From positions 1 to 64,000 of IMG/VR virus record IMGVR_UViG_2928768511_000002: DNA of 64,000 nt. One strand, written 5' to 3'. The notes under the pieces were generated by a model. It searched no databases. It saw only the letters and a program-made list of their open reading frames with translations, and was not told the origin of the DNA. Below, piece by piece: positions 9,332 to 18,187 of this stretch. This DNA is from a virus (Duplodnaviria; Caudoviricetes). The translations under genes were made by a program, and so were the position numbers. Position 1 is the stretch's first letter. The number at the start of each line of letters is the position of its first letter.

Positions 9332-9344
9332 CGAGCGCTTCGCG
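9328..9344 (+). repeat. 17-bp repeat GTAGCGAGCGCTTCGCG (also 10743-10759, 10972-10988; partial 9096-9110)
   Basis: Identical copies read directly. Confidence 0.85.
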
Positions 9345-9463
9345 CTACCGGAAGGACTCAGCCCGGGCCGCGCGGGCCGGGGAAGGGGACGACGTCGCCG
9401 TCCGCTGCGCGGATCACAGATTGCCCTGTGTGCCTTTACAAGAGACCACCAACTGAGGCGGCC

Positions 9464-9649
9464 TCAATTCATCTTGCGGCGTAGTTTCTTGATGATCTTT
9501 CGCAGATCATCAGTGTATTCCTCAATGATCCGCCGAGCCTCTTCCAAGCGCGAGGGCTTGGGCTTCGGCGCTTCCTGACCCGGACTTAGTTTGTCGGGCT
9601 GGCTCATGGCCCCATGGTTTGCCAGGATCCAAGGGCCCCATTGAGCCAA
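9464..9649 (-). CDS. Small basic hypothetical protein
   Basis: SRLEEARRIIEEYTDDLRKIIKKLRRKMN; true start probably 9607. Confidence 0.65.
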   Translation of the reverse strand: MAQWGPWILANHGAMSQPDKLSPGQEAPKPKPSRLEEARRIIEEYTDDLRKIIKKLRRKMN

Positions 9650-9727
9650 ATCAATAGGCGGCGGCCTTTCTCGTCTTGGGACTGAAGGAGAATGGGCTCG
9701 TGAAACGCGCGCCTGATCCCCCGACCA

Positions 9728-10408
9728 TCAAGCCTCCACGGTGATCTTGATGTTGTCTGGCTTGACGCCGAAGGTGAGCGCGAGGCGGCGCTTTGCCTCG
9801 GCGATCGTCAGCGGAGGGTCATTGTCTAGGACTTGCGGCTCGTCGTCAGCGGCATCCTCGTCAAAGCCTTCCAGAGCGGCTGGATCGATGGCGCTGCCCT
9901 CGGCCAACAAATCAACAATGGGAAACGTGGCAATGGGCTTGTAATGATCGACGATGCCCGACCCAACGCTGCGGGGGATCTTTCGGCTATCGTGGTCCAG
10001 CCTGACCCACATACCGAAATTGTTTCGGACGGTCTGACCGGCGCCAGTTCTCGCAGCAAAGGCAGCGTCAAAGCGCCCGCGGACGTCAGTCGCGGGGAAC
10101 AGATAAACTTCGACGCGCTTGGGGTCGTCGCGGTCGTCAACCGTTGCCACAATCACAGCGTCCACTTCGTCGAGCGTCTTCCATTTCTTCCCGCCATCGA
10201 GGGGAGGGAATGCGATCCAACGGTCCCGCGTCGTGCGGACTGACGCCTTTTGGCTCTTCCCGTCTTTGGTGATGGTCCAGACATTCGACAGACCGCGCCC
10301 AGGCTCACGATCGAATTTGTAGCCATTGGCTTCTAGCCCGCGCTTGGCTGCTTCGACCATTAGATGCCACTTCACCGTTTCCGTAAGACCTTCTAGTACG
10401 TTCGCCAT
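9728..10408 (-). CDS. Hypothetical protein, possible nuclease-fold moron
   Basis: 226 aa, AGGAG RBS, own AT-rich upstream region; C-terminal LTIAEAKRRLALTFGV module. Confidence 0.7.
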   Translation of the reverse strand: MANVLEGLTETVKWHLMVEAAKRGLEANGYKFDREPGRGLSNVWTITKDGKSQKASVRTTRDRWIAFPPLDGGKKWKTLDEVDAVIVATVDDRDDPKRVEVYLFPATDVRGRFDAAFAARTGAGQTVRNNFGMWVRLDHDSRKIPRSVGSGIVDHYKPIATFPIVDLLAEGSAIDPAALEGFDEDAADDEPQVLDNDPPLTIAEAKRRLALTFGVKPDNIKITVEA

Positions 10409-10792
10409 CTAAAATCTCCTTCTCCCAATTAGTTTTCAGTAAGTCAGGGTATTTGCCCCAACACTCAAAACGATACAGCAAACCGTTTCATTCAGTCAAG
10501 GGCAATTCTTGAGGATAATTCAGGACCAATTCAAACGGTCTCAGTTCAAGCGCCGCGTGGCTGGAGGTTGCGAGAGCCGCACCGTTCGGCACGGCGATGG
10601 CGGCGCGCGGTTGCCGCTTTGTTCGCGGCCGGAAATGAATTGCCCTACGGCGGAAAAGTCTTTCCGGACACGGAACGTCCCGTGATCCTGGCAGCAGCTG
10701 GCGGCAAACAATTGTAGCGTGGGCTTCGACCCGCGGCCGAGCGTAGCGAGCGCTTCGCGTTGAAATAAGAACCAGAGGCCCGGAGGAGGCGA

Positions 10793-10975
10793 ATGACCGT
10801 CAGCAAATATCAATTCAGGCACGAGCTGCGGCAGCTGATCGAGAAGCACATCGGCTCGTCGAGCACGTTCGAAGACTATGTCCTGATCACCGGGGAGCTG
10901 GAAGAGGCAAAGGACCGGTTGGACCTGGCGGCCGAGAAGTTCTCGGACGAGGAGGTCGACGCCTGCGAATTGTAG
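10793..10975 (+). CDS. 60-aa acidic hypothetical protein
   Basis: GGAGGAGG RBS; flanked by 17-bp repeats. Confidence 0.7.
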   Translation: MTVSKYQFRHELRQLIEKHIGSSSTFEDYVLITGELEEAKDRLDLAAEKFSDEEVDACEL

Positions 10976-11160
10976 CGAGCGCTTCGCGCTGATCTTGCAG
11001 AATGGGCGGGTGGGCCGCCGGCTGGTTTACAATTCCCGGCGGCCCCTGCCGTCCACTCCCAATGCCCCTGCCACTGGCAGCAGGCGTGGTCGCCATTGAG
11101 AGCAGATTATTCAGCTACTGTGACAGATCAACCAGGCGAGCGCCCGTGTGACTCCGGTGG

Positions 11161-11766
11161 TCAGAACTGATCCGCCACGCGGCTGAAGGCTGGATGCTGC
11201 CGGTTCTTCACCTTGGTCCATTCGCACGTCCGCGGCCGGTACCGCCGCTCGCGGTGCTTTGACACCAAACCCTCGAGCCCCATGCGGCAGGCCGCATCAA
11301 ACAGGCTGGGCCCGATCTCTCCCTGCTCGAATGGCGCGACGAAGATGCCCTCGGGTCGGCGCGCGAGGAGCTTGGCTAGCCGGCTCTTGCGCTCGAACAG
11401 CGGCAGGTCCCGCAGGTCGTCGCCATCGAGCACGACCAGGTCGAAGGCATAGAGCTGGGCATCGTCGTTGTAGTGGCCGGAGTGCAGCCAGTCGAACTGC
11501 GAGATGCCGCGCACGTCGAGCACGCAGATCTCGCCGTCAATGACGAAACGCTGCTGCTTCATCTTCAGAGCCGCCTCGACGATCATCGGATAGCGCCAGG
11601 TCCAGTCGAGGCCAGCCTTCGAGAGCACCTTCACATCCTTGCCATTGCGGACCACGCGCCCGCGGTAGCCGTCGTACTTCACCTCATGGATCCAATCGGG
11701 GCCGGCCGGGACCACCTTCTTGGCCGCCGGCCTGCAAAATTCGAACTTGGTTGGCATGGCCGGCAT
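11161..11766 (-). CDS. ATP-dependent DNA ligase, adenylation domain only
   Basis: Motif I EVKYDGYR, IDGEI, YAFDL, EGLVSK, WTKVK; no OB-fold domain. Confidence 0.9.
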   Translation of the reverse strand: MPAMPTKFEFCRPAAKKVVPAGPDWIHEVKYDGYRGRVVRNGKDVKVLSKAGLDWTWRYPMIVEAALKMKQQRFVIDGEICVLDVRGISQFDWLHSGHYNDDAQLYAFDLVVLDGDDLRDLPLFERKSRLAKLLARRPEGIFVAPFEQGEIGPSLFDAACRMGLEGLVSKHRERRYRPRTCEWTKVKNRQHPAFSRVADQF

Positions 11767-11792
11767 CTATGCACCGCCGGCCAAATTGCGAG

Positions 11793-12140
11793 TCAGAATT
11801 GGCGCAGCGGCAGCAACAGCTGCACGCCGAGCGCCCGCCCGGTGAAGCGCTCGATGAACTCGCGCACGGTCTCTGTGACCTCGAACCCCTCGGCGACCCG
11901 CTGCTCCAAGTCCTTGGCGACATCTTCGGAGGCATCGCGCGACCAGCCTTCGAGCGGATTGAACGCCACCACGCGCAGCGGATGGTCGTACTGGCCGCTG
12001 AGGAGGTCGCTGATCAGCGTCCGGTAGTCAGTCCGGTCCTCGTCCGTCTCACGCCATGCCGGGCCGCTGCTGAAATCCTCCAGCACCAGGTACATGTCCC
12101 GGTCGAGCCGGTCTGTTGGGACGATCGAGGGCGAGGCCAT
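11793..12140 (-). CDS. Conserved hypothetical protein
   Basis: ATG 12140; YLVLEDF..GPAWRETDE..D..TLISDLLSGQY..PLRVVAFN. Confidence 0.8.
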   Translation of the reverse strand: MASPSIVPTDRLDRDMYLVLEDFSSGPAWRETDEDRTDYRTLISDLLSGQYDHPLRVVAFNPLEGWSRDASEDVAKDLEQRVAEGFEVTETVREFIERFTGRALGVQLLLPLRQF

Positions 12141-12180
12141 ACGCTGAACTCCAATGACCGGAGTCCAAGGTATGGCGCTG

Positions 12181-12447
12181 TTAACCCAAATGCGAGCCGC
12201 TTCCGTCGAGAATCCTGACGTAGGTGCCGCTCTCGTGCAGGAACAGGATCTTGCGATCGACGAGGAGGTCGAGGCCGGCCTTGTACTCGCCCGCCGTGCC
12301 CTTGTCGCGGAAGAGGAATGGGTAGTTGATCTTCTCGATGTGCAGCCGGCCGTCCTGCACCGGCTCGACCTCCCGGCAAATCTCCAGGAGCCGCCTGGCA
12401 ACAGCCTCTGGCTTCGCATAAGGCCGTTCCTCGATCATCTTCTTCAT
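12181..12447 (-). CDS. Conserved hypothetical protein, wHTH-like
   Basis: ATG 12447; RPYAKPEAVARRLLEI...HESGTYVR. Confidence 0.75.
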   Translation of the reverse strand: MKKMIEERPYAKPEAVARRLLEICREVEPVQDGRLHIEKINYPFLFRDKGTAGEYKAGLDLLVDRKILFLHESGTYVRILDGSGSHLG

Positions 12448-12886
12448 GCGCCAATTCCCCGGTGGTTGGTGCGGACGTGGTCCGGAATGCCGGCATCCGT
12501 GATTTCGGCGCCGCAGAAGCATCTCGACCGGCCTGAAGTCCGCTGCGTCGGCAGCTGCAGGTGCTCGTCGTGCATCCGGCCCTTCCAGGCTTGGAAGTCG
12601 CGGTTCTGCCGCCACAGCTCGTAGTGCGCCTCGGTACGGGTTGCCGACAGCTGCCGCCAGGCCTCCTCGAAGCGGCGCGCGCGTCATCAAAGGTCTCGCC
12701 GGTTCCGTGGGTCTGCTGGCCGGGATCACAGCCAGGATAGAACCCACAGCTCCAGCCCCAATGCGGGGCGTGCGTGGGCACGCCGGCTCTCCGGCCGATG
12801 TGGCCGACCCGGACGTCCCCGAAGTAGACGAACCAGCCACCCTCGTGGTGTGGATCATTGTCCGGCCGACGTGTGAGCTGAGGCAT
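12444..12886 (-). pseudogene. Frameshifted conserved hypothetical gene
   Basis: N-half (WGWSCGFYPG...FDDARAA) and C-half (FEEAWRQL...RCFCG) are in different frames; 1-nt deletion near 12672, or sequencing error. Confidence 0.7.
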
Positions 12887-12976
12887 AGTGCTGAGATCCG
12901 ATGGGGCGAGGGCGCTGCGCGCCCCAGACCGTACCGTAACAGGGCCGGCGCGCGCGGTGTGCCCGATCGTAGAGCG

Positions 12977-13037
12977 TGTCGGCCTCGCCGACAGGGTATG
13001 TCGGTTATCCCGACACGCCGTGTCGGCCTCGCCGACA
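12977..13037. promoter_or_regulatory. Array of three 17-bp palindromes TGTCGG-N5-CCGACA
   Basis: Start at 12977, 12999, 13021 (22-bp period), in the divergent intergenic region. Confidence 0.7.
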
Positions 13038-13195
13038 TCTTGAACCGTGTATATTACTATCCGTAGATATTAGACTCCTATGATTCAGTAGACTCTACTT
13101 AAGAACCAAGAGTGTAATGCGCGCTGCGCGCGTTTGCATTTGCTCCTCCTGTCAGAAAAAGCCGCAACCTTTTTGCAACACTGCCGGGTTTCCGG

Positions 13196-13288
13196 CCGTT
13201 TGCATTGCGTTTGCATGCTCGGCCCAGGTGGGCTTGACAAAACCGGGGTATGGCCGTAGGAAAGGGCCTACATTGGCATTCGTGCAAA
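13196..13288 (+). promoter_or_regulatory. sigma70-like promoter module, copy 1
   Basis: TTGACA 13234-13239; two upstream GTTTGCA half-sites; palindrome 13273-13288; 47/55 identical to 28543-28597. Confidence 0.7.
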
Positions 13289-13387
13289 CGAGGATGGGAC
13301 CAGCAGGTCGGCATCCATAACCCCGGGCAGGGAACTCGTGTCCGGGCGTTTGCATGAATGCAAGGATTTCGAAGGGGGCGCTCCGAC

Positions 13388-13535
13388 CATGATGACCGAT
13401 CTCATGTTCGTAGCCGCATTAGGCCAACTGACGATCCAGCTTCTGACGCTGTGCTTCGGCGCGATGCTGATCCTGGCCGGAGCGCTCCTGCTGACGAGAT
13501 GGATGGCCTCGGCCTCCGCCGATCTCGAAGACTGA
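13388..13535 (+). CDS. Small membrane protein
   Basis: Hydrophobic 48 aa. Confidence 0.55.
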
Positions 13536-13592
13536 GTTTCACAGAGCCCGTAGCAATGCCCTCGGCAGCTCGGGTCACCACTTGGGGGCGTC

Positions 13593-13865
13593 ATGGTTGA
13601 CGACAAGGAACAGATCAGACTGCTCGACCTCGCGCTTGATGCGCTGGAGGACGAGCTGAAGAGCTGGACCCGTCTCGGCACTTGGAAGACCGGCGTCACC
13701 CGCCTTGTGCGCAATCCGCTGCACGCCGCGCCGCTCGGCGCACCGGTCGACAAGGACGCCGAGATCTCGTTCATCGACGTGCCGGACAACGAGGTCAACG
13801 GCATCCTGACCCGCGTCGCCATGGACAAGGTCGTCACCGTGCTCCGCAAGGAGCTGCAGGGATGA
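13593..13865 (+). CDS. Hypothetical phage protein
   Basis: 90 aa, GC3-rich. Confidence 0.75.
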   Translation: MVDDKEQIRLLDLALDALEDELKSWTRLGTWKTGVTRLVRNPLHAAPLGAPVDKDAEISFIDVPDNEVNGILTRVAMDKVVTVLRKELQG

Positions 13866-14107
13866 ACGTCGGCGAGTTCCTGCTGATCGCCGGCTGCTCG
13901 ATCATCATCGCGGCCGGCATCACTGCCTGGCGCTTCAGGCCGAAGCCTCGGGTCTCGGGCTTCGGCGCCGAGGACGTCGAGCTGCTGACCATGCCGGCGC
14001 ACGAGCGCGTCGCTCGCCAACTCTGCCGCTTCCACGGCCAGCCCGAATTCATGTGGCGCCGGTACACGGCGCTTGCCGTCGCCCAAATCCTGCAGAGGAA
14101 GCCATGA
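13862..14107 (+). CDS. Membrane-anchored hypothetical protein
   Basis: ATGA overlap; N-terminal TM segment. Confidence 0.7.
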   Translation: MNVGEFLLIAGCSIIIAAGITAWRFRPKPRVSGFGAEDVELLTMPAHERVARQLCRFHGQPEFMWRRYTALAVAQILQRKP

Positions 14108-14238
14108 GCCGTCGAAGACAGTTGCAGTTCATCCAGGCGCAGATCCGCGCTGAGCTTCAGGACCGCCTGACCCGCACGGTGCTCATCGCCTTCAGCATCT
14201 GCGCCGCCGCCAACCTCCTGTTCGGCGGCATCCACTGA
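14104..14238 (+). CDS. Small membrane protein
   Basis: ATGA overlap; C-terminal TM segment. Confidence 0.65.
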   Translation: MSRRRQLQFIQAQIRAELQDRLTRTVLIAFSICAAANLLFGGIH

Positions 14239-14376
14239 TTTCAAGAGCCCGCTGACTGCCCCGAGCAGCGCGGGCCCACCCTTACCCATGAGGCCCGGCC
14301 AATGGCGAGATCGACGTACATCTACCTCGTCGTGCCGGCGGCGTCTTCGGCGCGCAGCTCGCAGACGAGGTGATCC

Positions 14377-14604
14377 ATGACAAGGCCTGACCCGATCTCA
14401 ACATCACCGCTCGCCGCGATCGCGCTGCAGGCCATCACCCAGCTCGACAAGCTCGTCGGGCCGGTCGAGGCGCAGTTCTGGATGCAGCGATCCAACGATT
14501 TTCTCGGCGGAGTCACACCAATCACCGCCATCAAGGAACGACGTTCCGCCGACGTCATGGCTGCGGTGCGCATCGTCGCAATCGAAAAGGGGCTCTTCGA
14601 GTAG
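14377..14604 (+). CDS. Xre/MbcA/ParS antitoxin C-terminal-domain-like protein
   Basis: AQFWMQRSNDFLGGVTPITAIKERRSADV matches the W..pN..LgG.tP..ll pattern. Confidence 0.6.
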   Translation: MTRPDPISTSPLAAIALQAITQLDKLVGPVEAQFWMQRSNDFLGGVTPITAIKERRSADVMAAVRIVAIEKGLFE

Positions 14605-14623
14605 CCCCGGAAGGGAGCTGAAC

Positions 14624-14872
14624 TTGAAGGACCGCTACGCACTCGTCGCTGCGACCGAGCACATCGCTCAGCAGCTCCTCGACGCCTTCGGCCTCAAGGG
14701 CTGGGAGGCCTACGGCTACACCGCCGCGGTGACCGGCTCCCGCTTCGAGCGCCTCGTCATCCTGCGCCCGCACTGGAACGCGACCGGCGCCGAGATCGCG
14801 CAGTTCGAGACCGAGTTCGTGCCGCACTGGCACACGCGCGTCCCGCCCGGCGGCACCTTCAAGGTGATCTGA
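14624..14872 (+). CDS. Hypothetical phage protein
   Basis: 82 aa, GC3-rich. Confidence 0.65.
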   Translation: MKDRYALVAATEHIAQQLLDAFGLKGWEAYGYTAAVTGSRFERLVILRPHWNATGAEIAQFETEFVPHWHTRVPPGGTFKVI

Positions 14873-15015
14873 TGAACCAGAACATCGTCAGCATCGTCTG
14901 TGCTGCCGTCCTGGTCTTCGCGACCGCCATCAACATCTTCGCCGCGTTCAAGCTGACACGCGCCGAGGACAAGGTCAGCAACATCTTCTGTGTCGAGGCG
15001 CCGCAAGGGCGCTGA
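14872..15015 (+). CDS. 47-aa membrane protein
   Basis: MNQNIVSIVCAAVLVFATAINIFAAFKL..., coupled start. Confidence 0.55.
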   Translation: MNQNIVSIVCAAVLVFATAINIFAAFKLTRAEDKVSNIFCVEAPQGR

Positions 15016-15250
15016 GGAGCGCTCATGCCGTTTCCGTATTCCTTTTCAGCTACGTCATCTGGCAAGCCTCCATCGAGCGGGCTTTCCTCTACACCCCCGT
15101 CGAGGTGCGCCAGTGAGATGCTTCAAGACCTTTGATCGTCTTCTCCTCCTCGCGCCCCTAATGCTCGTCATTGCAGCCGTCGTGGCGCTGCACCTGATCT
15201 GCCTGTTGTTCGGCTAGAGCACCCCCGGCGCGCAACCGAGCCACGCCAAA

Positions 15251-15751
15251 ATGAAAGCTCTGATCAACGCCCTCGCGGGCGTGCTGTTGCTGTGCGCCCT
15301 GACGCCAGCGTCGGCCAAAGACGTGCCTGTCCAGTTCACCTCTGGCCGGGCCGCGACGTTCATCACCGACGACCCCGGTGGCATCATCACCGACTTCGTC
15401 AAGAAGTACTCCGACATGCGCGACGCCGGCACCAACGTGGTGATCGACGGCGAGTGCGCATCAGCCTGCACCATCGTGCTGGGCATTCTGCGCCCCGAGA
15501 AGGTCTGCGCAACGCCCGACGCCTCTCTCGGCTTCCACTCCGCCACGGCCATCACCCGTGAGGACGGCAAGGCGCCAGTCTTCGAGCACGCCGCCGAGAT
15601 CTCCAAGCTCATCTTCAATAGCTACCCGGGCGAGGTCCGGGCCTGGCTGACGAAGCAGGGCTGGAACGGCGACAATCCCACAGTCATCTGGGCGAGGGGA
15701 GGTCAGGTCCGGAAGTTCATCCGGCCTTGCACCGCGGCGGACCTGTCGTGA
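15251..15751 (+). CDS. Secreted ClpP/crotonase-like protein
   Basis: Signal peptide; DDPGG...VVIDGECASACT...LGFH signature. Confidence 0.7.
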   Translation: MKALINALAGVLLLCALTPASAKDVPVQFTSGRAATFITDDPGGIITDFVKKYSDMRDAGTNVVIDGECASACTIVLGILRPEKVCATPDASLGFHSATAITREDGKAPVFEHAAEISKLIFNSYPGEVRAWLTKQGWNGDNPTVIWARGGQVRKFIRPCTAADLS

Positions 15752-16098
15752 GCCGCCGCCCTCTGCCTGATCGGCGCAAGCTCCCGAAGATCATCAAGGT
15801 CGGGATCACGGAATTCGAGCTGATCCACTGGGATCCCGTCGAGGCGGAAGCCGAGGGATGCCGTGGGCTCTGCAACGTCTTCGAATACCACATCAAGGTC
15901 CGGACCGATCTTCCGGACTCGCACTTCGCGGAAGTGCTTGAGCACGAAATCAACCACGCCTGCTGGGCGGCGGCGAAGCTCAAGTCCAGAGCCAGCGAGG
16001 AAACTGTCGTCAATCGCTTGACGCCTGTCCTCATCATGGCCCGCCGCGACAACCCCGAGATCTATGCCTGGATCGATCGGGCGATCGCGAAAGCCTGA
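15748..16098 (+). CDS. HExxH metallopeptidase-like phage protein
   Basis: LEHEINHACW motif; GTG start overlaps upstream stop. Confidence 0.65.
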   Translation: MSRRPLPDRRKLPKIIKVGITEFELIHWDPVEAEAEGCRGLCNVFEYHIKVRTDLPDSHFAEVLEHEINHACWAAAKLKSRASEETVVNRLTPVLIMARRDNPEIYAWIDRAIAKA

Positions 16099-16100
16099 CC

Positions 16101-16409
16101 ATGTACAAGAACGTGATGGTCGCCTCTTCCAAGAGGCAGGCCACGGCGATGATCGCCTGGATGAAGCTCGACGCCGACGTGTGGGAGCCGCTCGCATATG
16201 GCGACCCCGTCACCAAGCTCTACGCGCACGCCAAGCTCGTGCGGCCGAGCGAGGGCGTCGACCAAGCCCATTCCGACTGGGTGTTCGAGAAGCTCGTCCC
16301 CAACCTGTGCCTGACGGCGACCACAGTTCCCCCGAACTGGAAGATCCCGCAGGAGCACGTCGAATACCGGCCAACAACAAGAACAACAAGCCTGGCGATA
16401 GCTTACTAG
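16101..16409 (+). CDS. Hypothetical phage protein
   Basis: 102 aa, coupled. Confidence 0.65.
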   Translation: MYKNVMVASSKRQATAMIAWMKLDADVWEPLAYGDPVTKLYAHAKLVRPSEGVDQAHSDWVFEKLVPNLCLTATTVPPNWKIPQEHVEYRPTTRTTSLAIAY

Positions 16410-16449
16410 CTGATTTTCGGCTATCATGGCCTTTGCATGGGGTATTTCC

Positions 16450-17193
16450 ATGATGAAGCCGATCTTTCGTTCGCTTCCTTTGCTCTTCTTCGGCATCGTG
16501 ACTGCGCACGCCGTCGATGTGGTCACTATCAGTGAACAACAAATGCGTGCTCAAATAGAGCAGGGCCATTGTCCGGCAGATTTGACGCATGTCCAACAAA
16601 CGACTGAGCGTACTCATGGATGCCAGGCGCTTTGCGGTGCGGCCAGCGCAAAGTTGTACAATTGTTCTCCCGGCGCTGATGATTTTGTCGGCTATGAGCC
16701 CGAATGCATAAAGGAGGTGAACCGACTAAATGAGTTGATAAATCAATACAATCAGCACTTGGACAACTGCAAGGCGGCAGACAAGAGGGGCTCTCGGCAG
16801 CCAGCAAGTACTGGGAGCGGCTATACACCTCCGGCGACTGGAAGTGGATCATCAAGACCCAGCAGCTCGGCACGACAACAAAAGACTAAGACCGATGCAC
16901 TCGGGGGGCCCATCACTGAGTCCGGTCGGGTATCAAAGGGAAGCCACAATCCGGGGCAGGAACCTAAGCAAGGCGGCAGAAATTGTGGCCGCTCCTATAC
17001 CCAATGTAGTGAAAACTGTGGCAAAACCCCGAATTACTTAACTGCTTGCCGGGCCGAATTTGCCAGCGATGTTGCCCGCAGGACCACCTCAGCTCTTTAC
17101 GACTGTATGCAACGTGTCGATAAGCGTTGGGATGCATCTCACAAGCCACAATTTGATGCCTGTATGGATCGGTGTTTATGTAATTCTCGATAG
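16450..17193 (+). CDS. Secreted Cys-rich protein (moron)
   Basis: Signal peptide ending AHA; 14 Cys in two clusters; Ser/Gly linker; lower GC. Confidence 0.75.
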   Translation: MMKPIFRSLPLLFFGIVTAHAVDVVTISEQQMRAQIEQGHCPADLTHVQQTTERTHGCQALCGAASAKLYNCSPGADDFVGYEPECIKEVNRLNELINQYNQHLDNCKAADKRGSRQPASTGSGYTPPATGSGSSRPSSSARQQKTKTDALGGPITESGRVSKGSHNPGQEPKQGGRNCGRSYTQCSENCGKTPNYLTACRAEFASDVARRTTSALYDCMQRVDKRWDASHKPQFDACMDRCLCNSR

Positions 17194-17486
17194 AACGCCC
17201 GCACAGCCTGTCCGATGCGAAATGTCGAGGCCGCGATCGGCCAAGCGCTGACCAGTGAAGCACATGCCGATCTCGCGGCAAGTATTCGCGGGCGATCTGC
17301 GGCCCTCGAGCGGCACCGCGCGCGCAGCAAGCACATCAAAAGGTGTCGCGAAACACCAAGCTCACCGAGCTGCGCATCGAGCGCAAGCGCCGCCGCCAAA
17401 GCGCCGGCTTAATCGAACCACCAACCCCGGAGCACAGAACAGGGAGTAGGGACATTGATCCCTGACCAACTGCTAAGACCCGGCCT

Positions 17487-17520
17487 GCGGCGGGGGTTTC
17501 CTCCTCCTTTACCCCGCCGC
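17487..17520 (+). ncRNA. Candidate anti-Shine-Dalgarno (cuckoo-like) hairpin sRNA module
   Basis: 9-bp stem GCGGCGGGG/CCCCGCCGC with loop containing CCUCCUCC. Confidence 0.4.
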
Positions 17521-18187
17521 GCCCGATGACAAATCAGCTCTGCTGCAAAACATCGGGCACCCAACGTTTCAACTCTAACCAGATAGGTGGCATCCCGCCC
17601 CGGTAACGGGTGTCGGCTCTAACGGGTAAGCCAGTATTCCCGTAGCCCTCGTAATTCTTCAAAGCGGCCTCTGAGGAGGAACGGCTGATCCCCGTCAACG
17701 CGATGCAGTTGAGGCATAGGTCGGTCGACTTCTGGATTGGACCGCCCCCACCTAATGGCTCGTGATGTCGCGCGGCGGCGTCATAGCGCACAGCCAATCG
17801 GCGAAGAGGTCCATGGTAAGTCGCCGACGACCGTTGTTACCATTCTGCCAGAGTGGTGACAGAAGATCAGCGTGATGCAGATCGAGGTCGAAAGGATCAG
17901 AGTCGTCATCCTGCGGGATGGCGACGGTCACGAGCCAACTATTACTTCCCCAAGAGCGGTGACGCGACATGCGTCCAGCGCAGGAACTGCGCGATGGCGA
18001 TGGTGCCCCACGAGCCCTGAGATCCGACACGAGGTGCTCCGCTCTTGCTATCTTTCCCTCGGTGCCAGCCGATCGTCACCTGATGACATAGGGGTGGCTG
18101 GTTAAATGGGGCCATGCGCCAAGCCGAGTGCTCACGAACTGTGAGCGCAGCCCGTCACCCATGCGGTGGCCGGCACCAATTCGCGGC

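Noticed and set aside
12977-13037. Short repeat array as a CRISPR
   Set aside because: 17-bp units with 5-bp gaps, no spacers of 30-40 nt, no cas genes; no CRISPR array seen anywhere in the window
13273-13288. sigma54 promoter reading of TTGGCA...TGC
   Set aside because: GG-to-GC spacing is 9 bp, not 12
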